Below are positions 16,659 through 24,218 of a DNA stretch of 37,105 bases, one piece after another. The position numbers and the translations under genes were made by a program. Under the pieces are notes generated by a model. The model was not told where the DNA came from. It did not search any database and saw only the letters and a program-made list of their open reading frames with translations. Source of the stretch: a virus; IMG/VR virus record IMGVR_UViG_3300006802_000040. The stretch is one strand, 5' to 3'. Numbering within the stretch: position 1 is the first letter of the stretch; every line of letters begins with the position of its first letter.

Positions 16659-17532
16659 CCTCCGAGAAGTCGGGCTTGGCGTAGCGGACGGTGTCAGGGC
16701 TGACGGCAAACGGGATCACCTCGCCGCCCTTCGATCCGCGGTTGCGGCGAAAATCGATTTCGTATTGCGCCCACTTGCGCAGCACGGCCATGCAGTCGGC
16801 GTAGGTCGGTCGCGACTTACGCAGGTCCGGCGCGGCCTTGTTGGCCACCGCGGCAATGTCGACCCGGGGGAACTGCCGCTCGAGCGTCTCCAGCGCTTCG
16901 CCGGTCACGGTCAGCAGGCCATCGCGGTAGTCGAGCCCTCGTGACCCGTCGAGTTCGCCGATGGCCTCGTGGATTGCTCGAGCCGACTTGGCGACCTTGC
17001 CGTCCTTCAGAGCTCGGCCAGCGAGGTAGGCTTGGCGGGCGAGCTCGTCTGCGTGCGCGCGCTCTGGAGCCGACTTAGGAGCCGATACTGGAGCCGTATA
17101 GATTTCATACCCACCCTTTCGGGGGGTTCCTGAATCACCCTTTCGGGGGGTTCCTGTTTCGCCGATATCGGGATATCCCGAATTCAGGACTTCCTGATTT
17201 GCGGATATCCCGGAAAGGGTGGGTTGCTCGTGCATTTCCAGCGCGAGCACGGTGATGGTTTGCGGGGCATTTCTGAAGCGTTGAACGACGATCAATCCAC
17301 GCCGCTGGAGGCTGCCGCTGGCCTCGCTGAATTTTTGCTTGGACAGCCCGCATTTCTCGTGGAGCTCGTCCTGGCTTTTGCCGCGCACCTGCCTGGAGGC
17401 TTCGTCCATCTCAAGGCGGTAGCAGATGAGCACCTTGATCTCATTGCGCGTCAGGTCCATGCTGTTGATGGCGCGCAAATCATCGTAGATAGATGAGCGA
17501 TTCACCTTGATTTCGCCTGATTTATTTGGCAT
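16636..17532 (-). CDS. Replication initiator (lambda-O-like role; winged-HTH N-domain), ~298 aa
   Basis: wHTH-like LTRNEIKVLICYRLEMDE...SQDELHEKCGLSKQKFSEASGSLQRRGLIVV. Lies directly upstream of dnaB and contains an iteron cluster. ATG 17532 follows GAGGAAG; ATG 17586 is an alternative. Confidence 0.55.
   Translation of the reverse strand: MPNKSGEIKVNRSSIYDDLRAINSMDLTRNEIKVLICYRLEMDEASRQVRGKSQDELHEKCGLSKQKFSEASGSLQRRGLIVVQRFRNAPQTITVLALEMHEQPTLSGISANQEVLNSGYPDIGETGTPRKGDSGTPRKGGYEIYTAPVSAPKSAPERAHADELARQAYLAGRALKDGKVAKSARAIHEAIGELDGSRGLDYRDGLLTVTGEALETLERQFPRVDIAAVANKAAPDLRKSRPTYADCMAVLRKWAQYEIDFRRNRGSKGGEVIPFAVSPDTVRYAKPDFSEDVGVARA
17109..17224. repeat. Iteron/dyad cluster inside the initiator gene (putative ori)
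   Basis: Perfect 21-bp direct repeat CACCCTTTCGGGGGGTTCCTG at 17112-17132 and 17136-17156. An inverted copy of ACCCACCCTTTC(C)GG at 17209-17224. GGATATCCCG occurs twice (17171-17180 and 17203-17212). TTCCTG occurs three times. An AT-richer patch, gtatagatttcata, sits at the low-coordinate edge. Confidence 0.5.
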
Positions 17533-17594
17533 AACTTCCTCGTTCGTCTGATTTGAGGCGGGTTTGCTTGCCGGCGCCCGCCTCATTTATTTGC

Positions 17595-17783
17595 CTAGTC
17601 TTCGAGACACTTGAACCGGGGCAACGAGGGCTCTTTGCCCTTGCTGAAAAACACTTGCCTAGCCTTGGTCTCCTGCGCCCGCGTTTGCCGGCGCCGAGCA
17701 TTGGCTTGACCGCGCGGGCCTTTGGGCGTGCGCTTCGGCCAGGGCGTGTTGACCGTGGCCTCGAGGTCGCTGATCTCGCTCAT
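17595..17783 (-). CDS. Hypothetical basic protein, 62 aa
   Basis: ATG 17783 overlaps the upstream stop (ATGA). Begins MSEISDLEATVNTPWPKRTPKGPRGQANARRRQ... Confidence 0.45.
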   Translation of the reverse strand: MSEISDLEATVNTPWPKRTPKGPRGQANARRRQTRAQETKARQVFFSKGKEPSLPRFKCLED

Positions 17784-17995
17784 TGCATCACCATGGCCGG
17801 ATGATTGGGGTGGATCATGTGGACGGCGTCGCGCTCGCGGCGTCTGATCCAGCCCTTTGTCTCGAGCCATTCGGCGGTCGCAGCCGCCCACTCGCACCAC
17901 GGCGACACCTCGGTGACGCGCGGGCAGTGAATGATCAACATGTCTGGCTCGGGCTCGGTGTTGCAAACCCGTATCCTGTCAAGTATAATTTGCAT
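17780..17995 (-). CDS. Hypothetical protein, 71 aa
   Basis: ATG is preceded by GGAGGGG at good spacing. Confidence 0.55.
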   Translation of the reverse strand: MQIILDRIRVCNTEPEPDMLIIHCPRVTEVSPWCEWAAATAEWLETKGWIRRRERDAVHMIHPNHPAMVMQ

Positions 17996-18331
17996 GTGTA
18001 CGCCCCTCCATCGGGCGGCACGTGTTGCGTTATACGGAGCATGCTCCGAACAGCATCTCCATACGGCGGTTCGAGCCCCACGCTCGGCCGCCGTTACTCG
18101 TTCCCCCGAAAGAGGCCGGGCATTTGCGCCCGGCCAGTTGAGGGCCTAGAGATGCCACCGCCGGGGTGTATCGGCGGCAGCGGAGGACGGATGCGCGCCC
18201 CATGCGCAGGGGTCGACTGCTCGCGGCGATCACGCGCGAGAGCATCCGCCCGCCGCTATCGGCAGGCCGGTGACGCAACGCAACGATACCGGGGACGCTA
18301 TCCAACTACGGGGCCGGAGCCCCGGATCTCC
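17996..18331 (-). ncRNA. 336-nt non-coding, hairpin-rich leader between the cro-like gene and the next gene (candidate antitermination/terminator region)
   Basis: No credible ORF. At least six GC-rich stem-loops and one long-range pairing (GGCGGAUGC...GCAUCCGUC) that encloses two of the hairpins. Confidence 0.35.
18105..18135 (-). terminator. Intrinsic-terminator-like hairpin within the leader
   Basis: Minus strand reads GGCCGGGC-gcaaau-GCCCGGCC followed by UCUUUCGGG. The stem is a perfect 8 bp; the U-tract is weak. Confidence 0.35.
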
Positions 18332-18562
18332 TCATGCGGCGACCGCGTTTCCCTCGGCTGCCACGGCCTGGTTGGCCTGATACAAATCATTGACGGTGAC
18401 TGACGGGGCCAGCCTCATCACGAGCGGCCATTGGTGGTCGGGAATCCCGCCCAACCGCCACTTGTGGACGGCCCAAACGGTGATCGGTCGACGCGTCTGC
18501 TCAGACGCGCTCGAGATCGCTTTAGGGCCACCGCATGCCTTGATGATTTCGGATATCGACAT
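18332..18562 (-). CDS. Cro-like (YdaS-type HTH) early regulator, 76 aa
   Basis: Divergent from the CI-like gene. IIKACGGPKAISSASEQTRRPITVWAVHKWRLGGIPDHQW resembles YdaS/Cro-type HTH proteins. It is the first gene of the leftward train. Confidence 0.55.
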   Translation of the reverse strand: MSISEIIKACGGPKAISSASEQTRRPITVWAVHKWRLGGIPDHQWPLVMRLAPSVTVNDLYQANQAVAAEGNAVAA

Positions 18563-18568
18563 GCCGCA

Positions 18569-18597
18569 ATCTTATGGAGTTAGACTCCACAAATCAA
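18569..18597 (-). promoter_or_regulatory. Putative leftward early promoter (TTGATT-N17-TAAGAT) with an operator in the spacer
   Basis: The -35 is the reverse complement of 18592-18597 and the -10 the reverse complement of 18569-18574. The predicted +1 falls on or next to the ATG at 18562 and there is no Shine-Dalgarno sequence, suggesting a leaderless mRNA. Confidence 0.4.
18575..18589. promoter_or_regulatory. Perfect palindrome TGGAGT-TAG-ACTCCA (candidate operator)
   Basis: 6-3-6 dyad lying in the spacer of the leftward promoter. Confidence 0.5.
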
Positions 18598-18614
18598 GCG
18601 TGAAAAGATGCACT

Positions 18615-18629
18615 ATCCACTCTGTGGAT
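18615..18629. promoter_or_regulatory. Perfect palindrome ATCCAC-TCT-GTGGAT (candidate operator)
   Basis: 6-3-6 dyad lying 15 nt upstream of the CI-like ATG and abutting GATTATAAG (-10-like). Confidence 0.5.
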
Positions 18630-18643
18630 GATTATAAGTCGGC

Positions 18644-19294
18644 ATGACCTGGAATGAGCGACTGTCGACGCTAGCGCGCGAGCGCGGTTGGGGCGGCGCC
18701 GAGCTAGAACGACGCTCGGGCGTCGACCGTCAGCTCATCTACAAATATCTACGCGGAGAGATTGCCCAGCCGCGCGGCGACATCCTCACTCGGCTTGCCG
18801 AAGCTTTAGGCACAACAGAGGCTTATTTGCGGTTCGGGCCGGCTCCGCCAATCAAGCCCGGGACACCAGCAGAACTCCCCGTTGAAATTGCGACTATTCC
18901 AGTGGTAATATTGACAAAGCTGTATATGTTCGGCGGGATTGATGCTTTGTTTGTGGACAAAGATTCGCTGCCCCGCATGGCGGCGCCAGAAGCGGTAGGG
19001 CCTCGCGCGTTCGGGGTGCGGCTGCATGACGATAGCATGGCCCCTGATTTGCCGGCCGGCGCTGTCGTGATTATCGATCCAGATCAGCCGGTTACGCCGG
19101 GCCGCCCGGTTGCCGCCATTGTGCACCGACCGCACGGGCACGCGGTTGTGCGCATTTGGCGCGCTCTTGACGCTACCGACCTTCAGCGCGGCGAGTTGGT
19201 CGCCAACAACGCTTTTTACCCTCCGATCCCCGTGCATTCGAGCGAGCAGGCCACGATCTTGGGCCGCGCCGTCTACGTGATCCACAGCCTATGA
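18644..19294 (+). CDS. CI-like repressor (XRE HTH + S24 LexA-type peptidase domain), 216 aa
   Basis: HTH segment LARERGWGGAELERRSGVDRQLIYKYLRGE. S24 segment GVRLHDDSMAPDLPAGAVVIIDPDQ...GRPVAAIV...VVRIWR...LVANNAFYPPI. No Shine-Dalgarno sequence upstream. Confidence 0.8.
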   Translation: MTWNERLSTLARERGWGGAELERRSGVDRQLIYKYLRGEIAQPRGDILTRLAEALGTTEAYLRFGPAPPIKPGTPAELPVEIATIPVVILTKLYMFGGIDALFVDKDSLPRMAAPEAVGPRAFGVRLHDDSMAPDLPAGAVVIIDPDQPVTPGRPVAAIVHRPHGHAVVRIWRALDATDLQRGELVANNAFYPPIPVHSSEQATILGRAVYVIHSL

Positions 19295-19357
19295 TCTGAC
19301 AATTTCGAGTCGAATCAACCGCTTGTAAATTTGTTGGACTTTTCCTCCACTTTTGAG

Positions 19358-19390
19358 TTGACGTGCCCTCTTTGTGGATTTAATTTCCAC
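19358..19390 (+). promoter_or_regulatory. Putative rightward early promoter (TTGACG-N17-TAATTT) overlapped by the dyad GTGGA-N7-TCCAC
   Basis: -35 at 19358-19363 and -10 at 19381-19386. The dyad at 19374-19390 shares the TCCAC/GTGGA half-site with 18615-18629. Confidence 0.45.
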
Positions 19391-19477
19391 GTCATCACCG
19401 GCCGCCCGGTGCAGCCGCCTCTGTGATCCCCCGGAATGGTCCGGGAGCAGGCGGCCGGTGAGTGGAGGGAGATGCAA

Positions 19478-19828
19478 ATGTACGGCACTGATTATGAGCT
19501 TGAGCTTCCGGTGGTCGTCGACGGGTTGATCGACAATTATGCCGAGACCCGCTGTCACGTCGTGCTCGACGAGCACTGCGATCTCATCCGGATTGAGCTT
19601 GGAGCCTGGACCGCGAGCATCATCAAGCCAAGGTTCAGCATTCGCATCGACAAGCATTCGACCGGCGACAAGTCGATCATCTTCCAGGAGGCCCGCGAGG
19701 CCGTGAAGCGGTGCGAAGATCACCTGCGCGAGCTGTGCGGTATCCCGTATCTCGAGCCCGTCGAGATGCCGGACTACACCGACAGCCGCCATTGGTCTCG
19801 CGCTCTGCGTTCCGCATTCAGTTCATGA
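19478..19828 (+). CDS. Hypothetical early protein, 116 aa
   Basis: GGAGG lies 9 nt upstream of ATG 19478. ATG 19472 is an alternative. Confidence 0.55.
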   Translation: MYGTDYELELPVVVDGLIDNYAETRCHVVLDEHCDLIRIELGAWTASIIKPRFSIRIDKHSTGDKSIIFQEAREAVKRCEDHLRELCGIPYLEPVEMPDYTDSRHWSRALRSAFSS

Positions 19829-19961
19829 GATACCCGCGCCCGTCATAGGGCGAGGGTGAGGACCGGCCTGCGCGTGGACGGGCGTCATGCTGCGGGGAGT
19901 GGCGTCATTGCGGGGCGTCTCGTCGGGCCGGTCCTTGGATTTATTAGTAGCGGGGTAAACC

Positions 19962-20213
19962 ATGGCACGAGTGGCAAAAAAAGCAAAGCCGCATTTAGAT
20001 TTGTGGGCAGCGAATGAGAGCTTGAAGCGGCACAATCGTGATCTGCGTCGAGCGATTTCGGACCTCAAATGGGAAATGCGGGCTTTGAAAGTCCAACTCT
20101 ACGCGGAGAAAACCTATGCCAGCAAGTTTGCAGATTATCATCGCATCGCTGATGGCCGCAGGTTTGGCGGCTCTGATGATCCTAATCCCGATGGTGGCGA
20201 GGTGACGCCATGA
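19962..20213 (+). CDS. Hypothetical coiled-coil protein, 83 aa
   Basis: ATG start. Its stop overlaps the next ATG (ATGA). Confidence 0.5.
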   Translation: MARVAKKAKPHLDLWAANESLKRHNRDLRRAISDLKWEMRALKVQLYAEKTYASKFADYHRIADGRRFGGSDDPNPDGGEVTP

Positions 20214-20311
20214 CCACCCTTCAATGGCTGGGCCTGATGCTGATCGCCTCGGGCGTCGCGCTCTACATCGCCGACGACGTCGTGAAGTTTATGATCAGGA
20301 GGTGGGGATGA
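20210..20311 (+). CDS. Unlisted 33-aa single-TM micro-protein
   Basis: Translation: MTTLQWLGLMLIASGVALYIADDVVKFMIRRWG. ATGA overlaps at both ends. Confidence 0.4.
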   Translation: MTTLQWLGLMLIASGVALYIADDVVKFMIRRWG

Positions 20312-20679
20312 CGCTCGCAGTGTCATCGTGGCGGCAACTCCTTGACGGGATCAGCCGGACGCACACCACACGGCCGCCCGTGGGCAACGTGGTCGATATC
20401 CCAAACGTCCTCGACCGTCTCAAGGACGCGATCAAACACAAGCTCCGCGAGCGCGACAACGCCGAGGCGGAACTCCACGGGATACATGAGGCCATGGATA
20501 CTCTCGAAAAAGAGATCACGGCAGCGCTGGAGAAAAACACACTCCGCCGCCGAGACGTGATGATCCAGCTAAACAAGCTGCAACAAGAGATGGCCGCCCA
20601 AATGGCGGAGCTTGAGATCAAGTGCGACGTGACGATGCCGCCGCAGGCGATGTTCAAGCATGAGGGGGACGCCGAATGA
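20308..20679 (+). CDS. Hypothetical coiled-coil protein, 123 aa
   Basis: ATG 20308 follows GGAGGTGGGG. The track's earlier start is Arg-rich and unlikely. Confidence 0.55.
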   Translation: MTLAVSSWRQLLDGISRTHTTRPPVGNVVDIPNVLDRLKDAIKHKLRERDNAEAELHGIHEAMDTLEKEITAALEKNTLRRRDVMIQLNKLQQEMAAQMAELEIKCDVTMPPQAMFKHEGDAE

Positions 20680-20897
20680 GCCAACAGGATTGGAATGTGC
20701 CCCTCGATCTTATGGAGCACTACCGCCGGCTGATGCAGTCGCCGTGCGACATGATCCTACCCATCGGAGCGCAGCTTCCGGTGTCGCCCGATACCGCTAT
20801 CGAAGCGCTGAGGCACATGCGCGACACAACGCAATCGACGGAACAATACAATCGCGCTGTTAGAGCGCTTAAGGCAATGGGGGTGGATCATGAGTGA
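20676..20897 (+). CDS. Hypothetical protein, 73 aa
   Basis: ATGA overlap with the upstream gene, with GAGGGGG upstream. Confidence 0.5.
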   Translation: MSQQDWNVPLDLMEHYRRLMQSPCDMILPIGAQLPVSPDTAIEALRHMRDTTQSTEQYNRAVRALKAMGVDHE

Positions 20898-21801
20898 CGT
20901 CACGGTTTACGATTCCAAAGTCGTCCCGCTAAAAGCCGGAGGCAGGGTCACTGCGATCATTCCTCAATCCGTCGAGGAGGTGTTCCGCATCGCTAAGGCC
21001 ATTGCATCAAGCGGTCTTGCTCCGAACGGGATGAAATCAGTGGAGCAGATCACGGTTGCCATCATGCACGGCGCCGAGATCGGTCTGCCGCCGATGCAGG
21101 CAATCCAGCGCATTGCCGTGGTTAACGGCCGCCCGACAATCTGGGGCGATGCAATCCCTGCGCTGCTGTTGTCGCGTGGGTTTCGGATTCGCGAGTGGGA
21201 CAACGACACCACGTCCTATTGCGAGATCACCCGGCCGGACGGAACAAAGATCGAGCGGTCATTTTCGGACGCGGATGCCAAGGCAGCCGGACTGCTCGGC
21301 AAGGCCGGGCCGTGGACGCAGTACAAGCGGCGCATGCGCCAGATGCGCGCCCGTGGCTACGCAGCACGCGACGGTGCTGCTGATGTTCTCGCTGGCCTAT
21401 ATCTCAACGAGGAGATGGCCGACATCGACACGACGCCGAAACGCAAATCCAGCGCGGAATGCAAGCGCGACGGCACCGAAGTGAGGTTTAACCTGATCAG
21501 GCAACAGATCAGCGCAGCTACCTCTACCGATGAGCTGGACCGCATCGAGGCCGATCATGAGGCTGATATTGCCACGATGGCCGCTCGATGGGCCGACATC
21601 GTCAACGATGAGATGAAGCACAAGCGCGAGAGCTTGTCGGCGCCGACCGATCAGGCTGGCGTGCTGCGGGAGATCGAACGCGCGCTCGCTGTGAAATCTG
21701 CCGAGGACGTTCGGGCTGAATTTTCCACCGCGATCATGGCCATGGATGAGGACGGCCGCGCTGCCGCGCTCGACATGATCGACGCAACGGCAGCGGAATA
21801 A
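20890..21801 (+). CDS. recT: RecT-family single-strand annealing protein, 303 aa
   Basis: The core VEQITVAIMHGAEIGLPPMQAIQRIAVVNGRPTIWGDA...AGPWTQYKRRMRQMRARGYAARD is typical of RecT. Confidence 0.75.
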   Translation: MSDVTVYDSKVVPLKAGGRVTAIIPQSVEEVFRIAKAIASSGLAPNGMKSVEQITVAIMHGAEIGLPPMQAIQRIAVVNGRPTIWGDAIPALLLSRGFRIREWDNDTTSYCEITRPDGTKIERSFSDADAKAAGLLGKAGPWTQYKRRMRQMRARGYAARDGAADVLAGLYLNEEMADIDTTPKRKSSAECKRDGTEVRFNLIRQQISAATSTDELDRIEADHEADIATMAARWADIVNDEMKHKRESLSAPTDQAGVLREIERALAVKSAEDVRAEFSTAIMAMDEDGRAAALDMIDATAAE

Positions 21802-21806
21802 AAGCC

Positions 21807-22058
21807 ATGGAAGAAACTTGGTCCAATCTCCACCTGATCCGCCTCATGACCAAGCAGGGCCACCCGCCGGCAGTCGTGATGCGACGGTGCTGTGAGCATC
21901 TCGGCTGGCAAGGGCAGCACCCGACGCTGCGGGAGATCGTGCGGCACATGGAATATTTCCAGGGATCACGGGCGCCCTCCCAGCCCGTGGCGGTCCCGGC
22001 GTCTGCCATAGAGCCCCTTGGCGCCGGGACCGCAGCAAAAAAGGAGCGGCACCGATGA
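21807..22058 (+). CDS. Hypothetical protein, 83 aa
   Basis: ATG start. Its stop overlaps the next ATG (ATGA). Confidence 0.45.
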   Translation: MEETWSNLHLIRLMTKQGHPPAVVMRRCCEHLGWQGQHPTLREIVRHMEYFQGSRAPSQPVAVPASAIEPLGAGTAAKKERHR

Positions 22059-22549
22059 CCTCGTGTCCTCACTGCGGCTGTGACATCGAGGCAGCGCCCA
22101 AGCGGGGCAAGCCTCGATCCGTGCCACAGCATCGCCGCTACTTTGCGATGATCCGAGAAGCTTATCACCATTGGCCGGACGGGCACCACTTCCACCCGCT
22201 CAGTGAGGATCACCTGCGCAAGTGGCTGCAAGCCAAGGCTGGCCACCGCGTTGTTGAGACGATCGAGACCGATGGCATGACGCCAGCCCAATCGGTCGCA
22301 GTGATCGCAGCGGCCATGAAGCGGGCCGGACCTTTTGCGTTTGTGTCGGCAATAGATACCAAGCTGCACGTCGTCACCAGCGAGAGCATCGATTTCGATA
22401 CGCTTCCACATTTGGCCGCGTGCGCCCTGTTTGACGACGTGGCCGAAGTCATCGAGGCCGAAACGGGGTTGAAGGTCGATCAGATCATGCCGCCCGTAAC
22501 GGCGCGGCGGACAACAACAGAGCGGCACATGGGGAGGCAGGCAACGTGA
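22055..22549 (+). CDS. NinB/Orf- or DUF1367-like recombination-associated protein (tentative), 164 aa
   Basis: AAGGAG Shine-Dalgarno sequence. N-terminal CPHCGC and RSVPQHRRYFAMIREAY recall the lambda Orf segment RSLDQNRKLWACL (recollection only). Confidence 0.4.
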   Translation: MTSCPHCGCDIEAAPKRGKPRSVPQHRRYFAMIREAYHHWPDGHHFHPLSEDHLRKWLQAKAGHRVVETIETDGMTPAQSVAVIAAAMKRAGPFAFVSAIDTKLHVVTSESIDFDTLPHLAACALFDDVAEVIEAETGLKVDQIMPPVTARRTTTERHMGRQAT

Positions 22550-22586
22550 TGCAGGCTGTAGCCGAATCTGATCGGGCGACAAAGCA

Positions 22587-22913
22587 ATGACCAGGCGCGC
22601 CGAATTCACAAAGCATACCAAGCTTGCCGCATGGGAACGGTGCAACGGTGTGTGCGAGTGCGGGTGTGGGCTCAAGATTATCGGCCGGCCTGAATATGAT
22701 CACTATCCAATCCCGGCAGCGCTTGGCGGCTCTAACGATCTCGATAATTGCCGAGTGCTGTCCAAGAAGTGCCACCGCTGGATCACGGCTCAAAAAGACA
22801 TTCCAGAGTTGGCCAAGTCACAACGGATTTTCGAGAAGCGCATCGGGATACGCTCGAAGAGACCGTTTCCCACGCGTCCCAAATCTCAACAGTGGGGGCG
22901 GAATTGGCGATGA
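22587..22913 (+). CDS. HNH endonuclease, 108 aa
   Basis: CECGCG...EYDHYPIPAALGGSNDLDNCRVLSKKCHRWIT is an H-N-H/zinc-finger signature. Confidence 0.7.
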   Translation: MTRRAEFTKHTKLAAWERCNGVCECGCGLKIIGRPEYDHYPIPAALGGSNDLDNCRVLSKKCHRWITAQKDIPELAKSQRIFEKRIGIRSKRPFPTRPKSQQWGRNWR

Positions 22914-23005
22914 CCTGGCTTTACATCTACGGCGCCTTGACAGTCGGTTTTGTTGCCGGTGCCCTCGTCGTGGCGCTGCTGCGAGCGGGGGCGGACGATG
23001 AGTGA
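22910..23005 (+). CDS. Unlisted 31-aa single-TM micro-protein
   Basis: Translation: MTWLYIYGALTVGFVAGALVVALLRAGADDE. ATG overlaps the HNH stop (ATGA). Its 3' end overlaps the Xis-like ATG. Confidence 0.35.
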   Translation: MTWLYIYGALTVGFVAGALVVALLRAGADDE

Positions 23006-23384
23006 TCTACCTCGACTGCTAACCCTGCAGGAAGCCGCCGAACGGCTTGGCGGCCGGGTCACGGCGCGCGCTCTGCGCACAGAAGCGCTCAAGGGCCGGT
23101 TGCATCTAACACGAGTGGCAGGCAAGGATTACGTCACGGAATCGGACTTGGGGGAGATGATCGAGCGATGCCGCGGCGCGCAAAGGGCCCAAGGCTCTGG
23201 CTGCTCAAACGGCCAGGCCGCGAGCCCACCTGGCTCATCCTCGACGGAGGCAAGCAGCTTAGCACAGGCTGCAGCGAAAGCGACCGCGGCGGCGCTGAGA
23301 GAGCGCTTGGTCGCTACATCGCGGACAAATACACCCCGCCGACGCGCGAGAGCGCCCTTGAACGGATCATCATCGCCGACGTAA
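22998..23384 (+). CDS. Excisionase-family HTH DNA-binding protein (Xis-like), up to 128 aa
   Basis: LLTLQEAAERLGGRVTARALRTEALKGRLHLTRVAGKDYVTESDLGEMIER is a MerR/Xis-type HTH. The frame stays open 217 nt into the integrase gene, so the true C-terminus is uncertain. Confidence 0.55.
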   Translation: MSDLPRLLTLQEAAERLGGRVTARALRTEALKGRLHLTRVAGKDYVTESDLGEMIERCRGAQRAQGSGCSNGQAASPPGSSSTEASSLAQAAAKATAAALRERLVATSRTNTPRRRARAPLNGSSSPT

Positions 23385-24217
23385 TGACGGTCTATCTGCG
23401 CGAGCACGCGCCGCACGTGCGGAACCCGGAGTTCCTGTTGCACACGGCCAACCCCGTGATCGACTGGTGGGGCACCAAGACGTTAGCCGACATCCGAGGC
23501 CAGACTTGTAGGGACTATGTCGAGTGGCGCTGCAAGCGCGGGGTGTCGGATCAAACCGCCCGGCATGACCTCAAGACGCTCCGGGCCGCGATCAACTACT
23601 ATCACCGCGAATATGGCCCGCTCCAGGCCGTGCCGAGCCTCACGCTCCCGCCGAAGGGGCAGCCCAAGGAACGCTGGCTCACGCGCTCGGAGGCCGCCCG
23701 CCTGCTATGGGCTGCGCGCCGGCATCACCGTCTCGCCCGCTTTATTTTGATCGGGCTTTACACCGGCACCCGCAAGGATGCGATCGTCCGGCTCAAATGG
23801 ACGCCTAGCTTGACTACCGGCTACATCGACCTTGCCAGCGGCATCATGCACCGCATGGGCCGGGCCGAAGCGGCCACAGCGAAGCGCCGGACGCCCTGCC
23901 GGATTCCGGACGGGCTGATGCCCCACCTGCGCAGATGGGCCGCCAGCGACCTCGCCAACGGCTGGGCCGACGTGTGCCACCTGCACGGGGCAAGCTCGAG
24001 ATCCATCAAGACGAGCTGGGCGAGCGCCAGGGCGAGGGCCGGTCTCGGCAGGGATGTCACCCCGCACACGCTCAGGCATACGGCGGTCACGTGGCTGATG
24101 CAGCGAGGCGTACCCGCGGCCGAGGTTGCCGGGTTTGTGGGGCTGAGTATCGAGATGGTTGATCGAGTGTATGGGCACCATAGCCCAGACCATATGGCAA
24201 AGGCGGCAGCGCGATGA
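23168..24217 (+). CDS. int: Tyrosine integrase, 349 aa
   Basis: Arg in LYTGTRKDAI, H-x-x-R in HTLRHTAVTW and Tyr in RVYGHH. Confidence 0.9.
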   Translation: MPRRAKGPRLWLLKRPGREPTWLILDGGKQLSTGCSESDRGGAERALGRYIADKYTPPTRESALERIIIADVMTVYLREHAPHVRNPEFLLHTANPVIDWWGTKTLADIRGQTCRDYVEWRCKRGVSDQTARHDLKTLRAAINYYHREYGPLQAVPSLTLPPKGQPKERWLTRSEAARLLWAARRHHRLARFILIGLYTGTRKDAIVRLKWTPSLTTGYIDLASGIMHRMGRAEAATAKRRTPCRIPDGLMPHLRRWAASDLANGWADVCHLHGASSRSIKTSWASARARAGLGRDVTPHTLRHTAVTWLMQRGVPAAEVAGFVGLSIEMVDRVYGHHSPDHMAKAAAR

Positions 24218-24218
24218 A
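24191..24218. repeat. Direct repeat, copy 1: CATATGGCAAAGGCGGCAGCGCGATGAA (integrase 3' end / next start)
   Basis: Matches 24579-24607 with one indel and one mismatch. Confidence 0.85.

Noticed and set aside
17112-17156. CRISPR-like direct repeats.
   Set aside because: There are only two copies at a 24-bp period, inside a coding frame where they encode a duplicated peptide, and no cas genes. They are interpreted as origin iterons.
18063-18095. tRNA-like string GGTTCGAGCCCC inside the cro-proximal leader.
   Set aside because: It forms a simple extended hairpin (ACGGCGG...CCGCCGT). No cloverleaf, anticodon arm or acceptor pairing is present.
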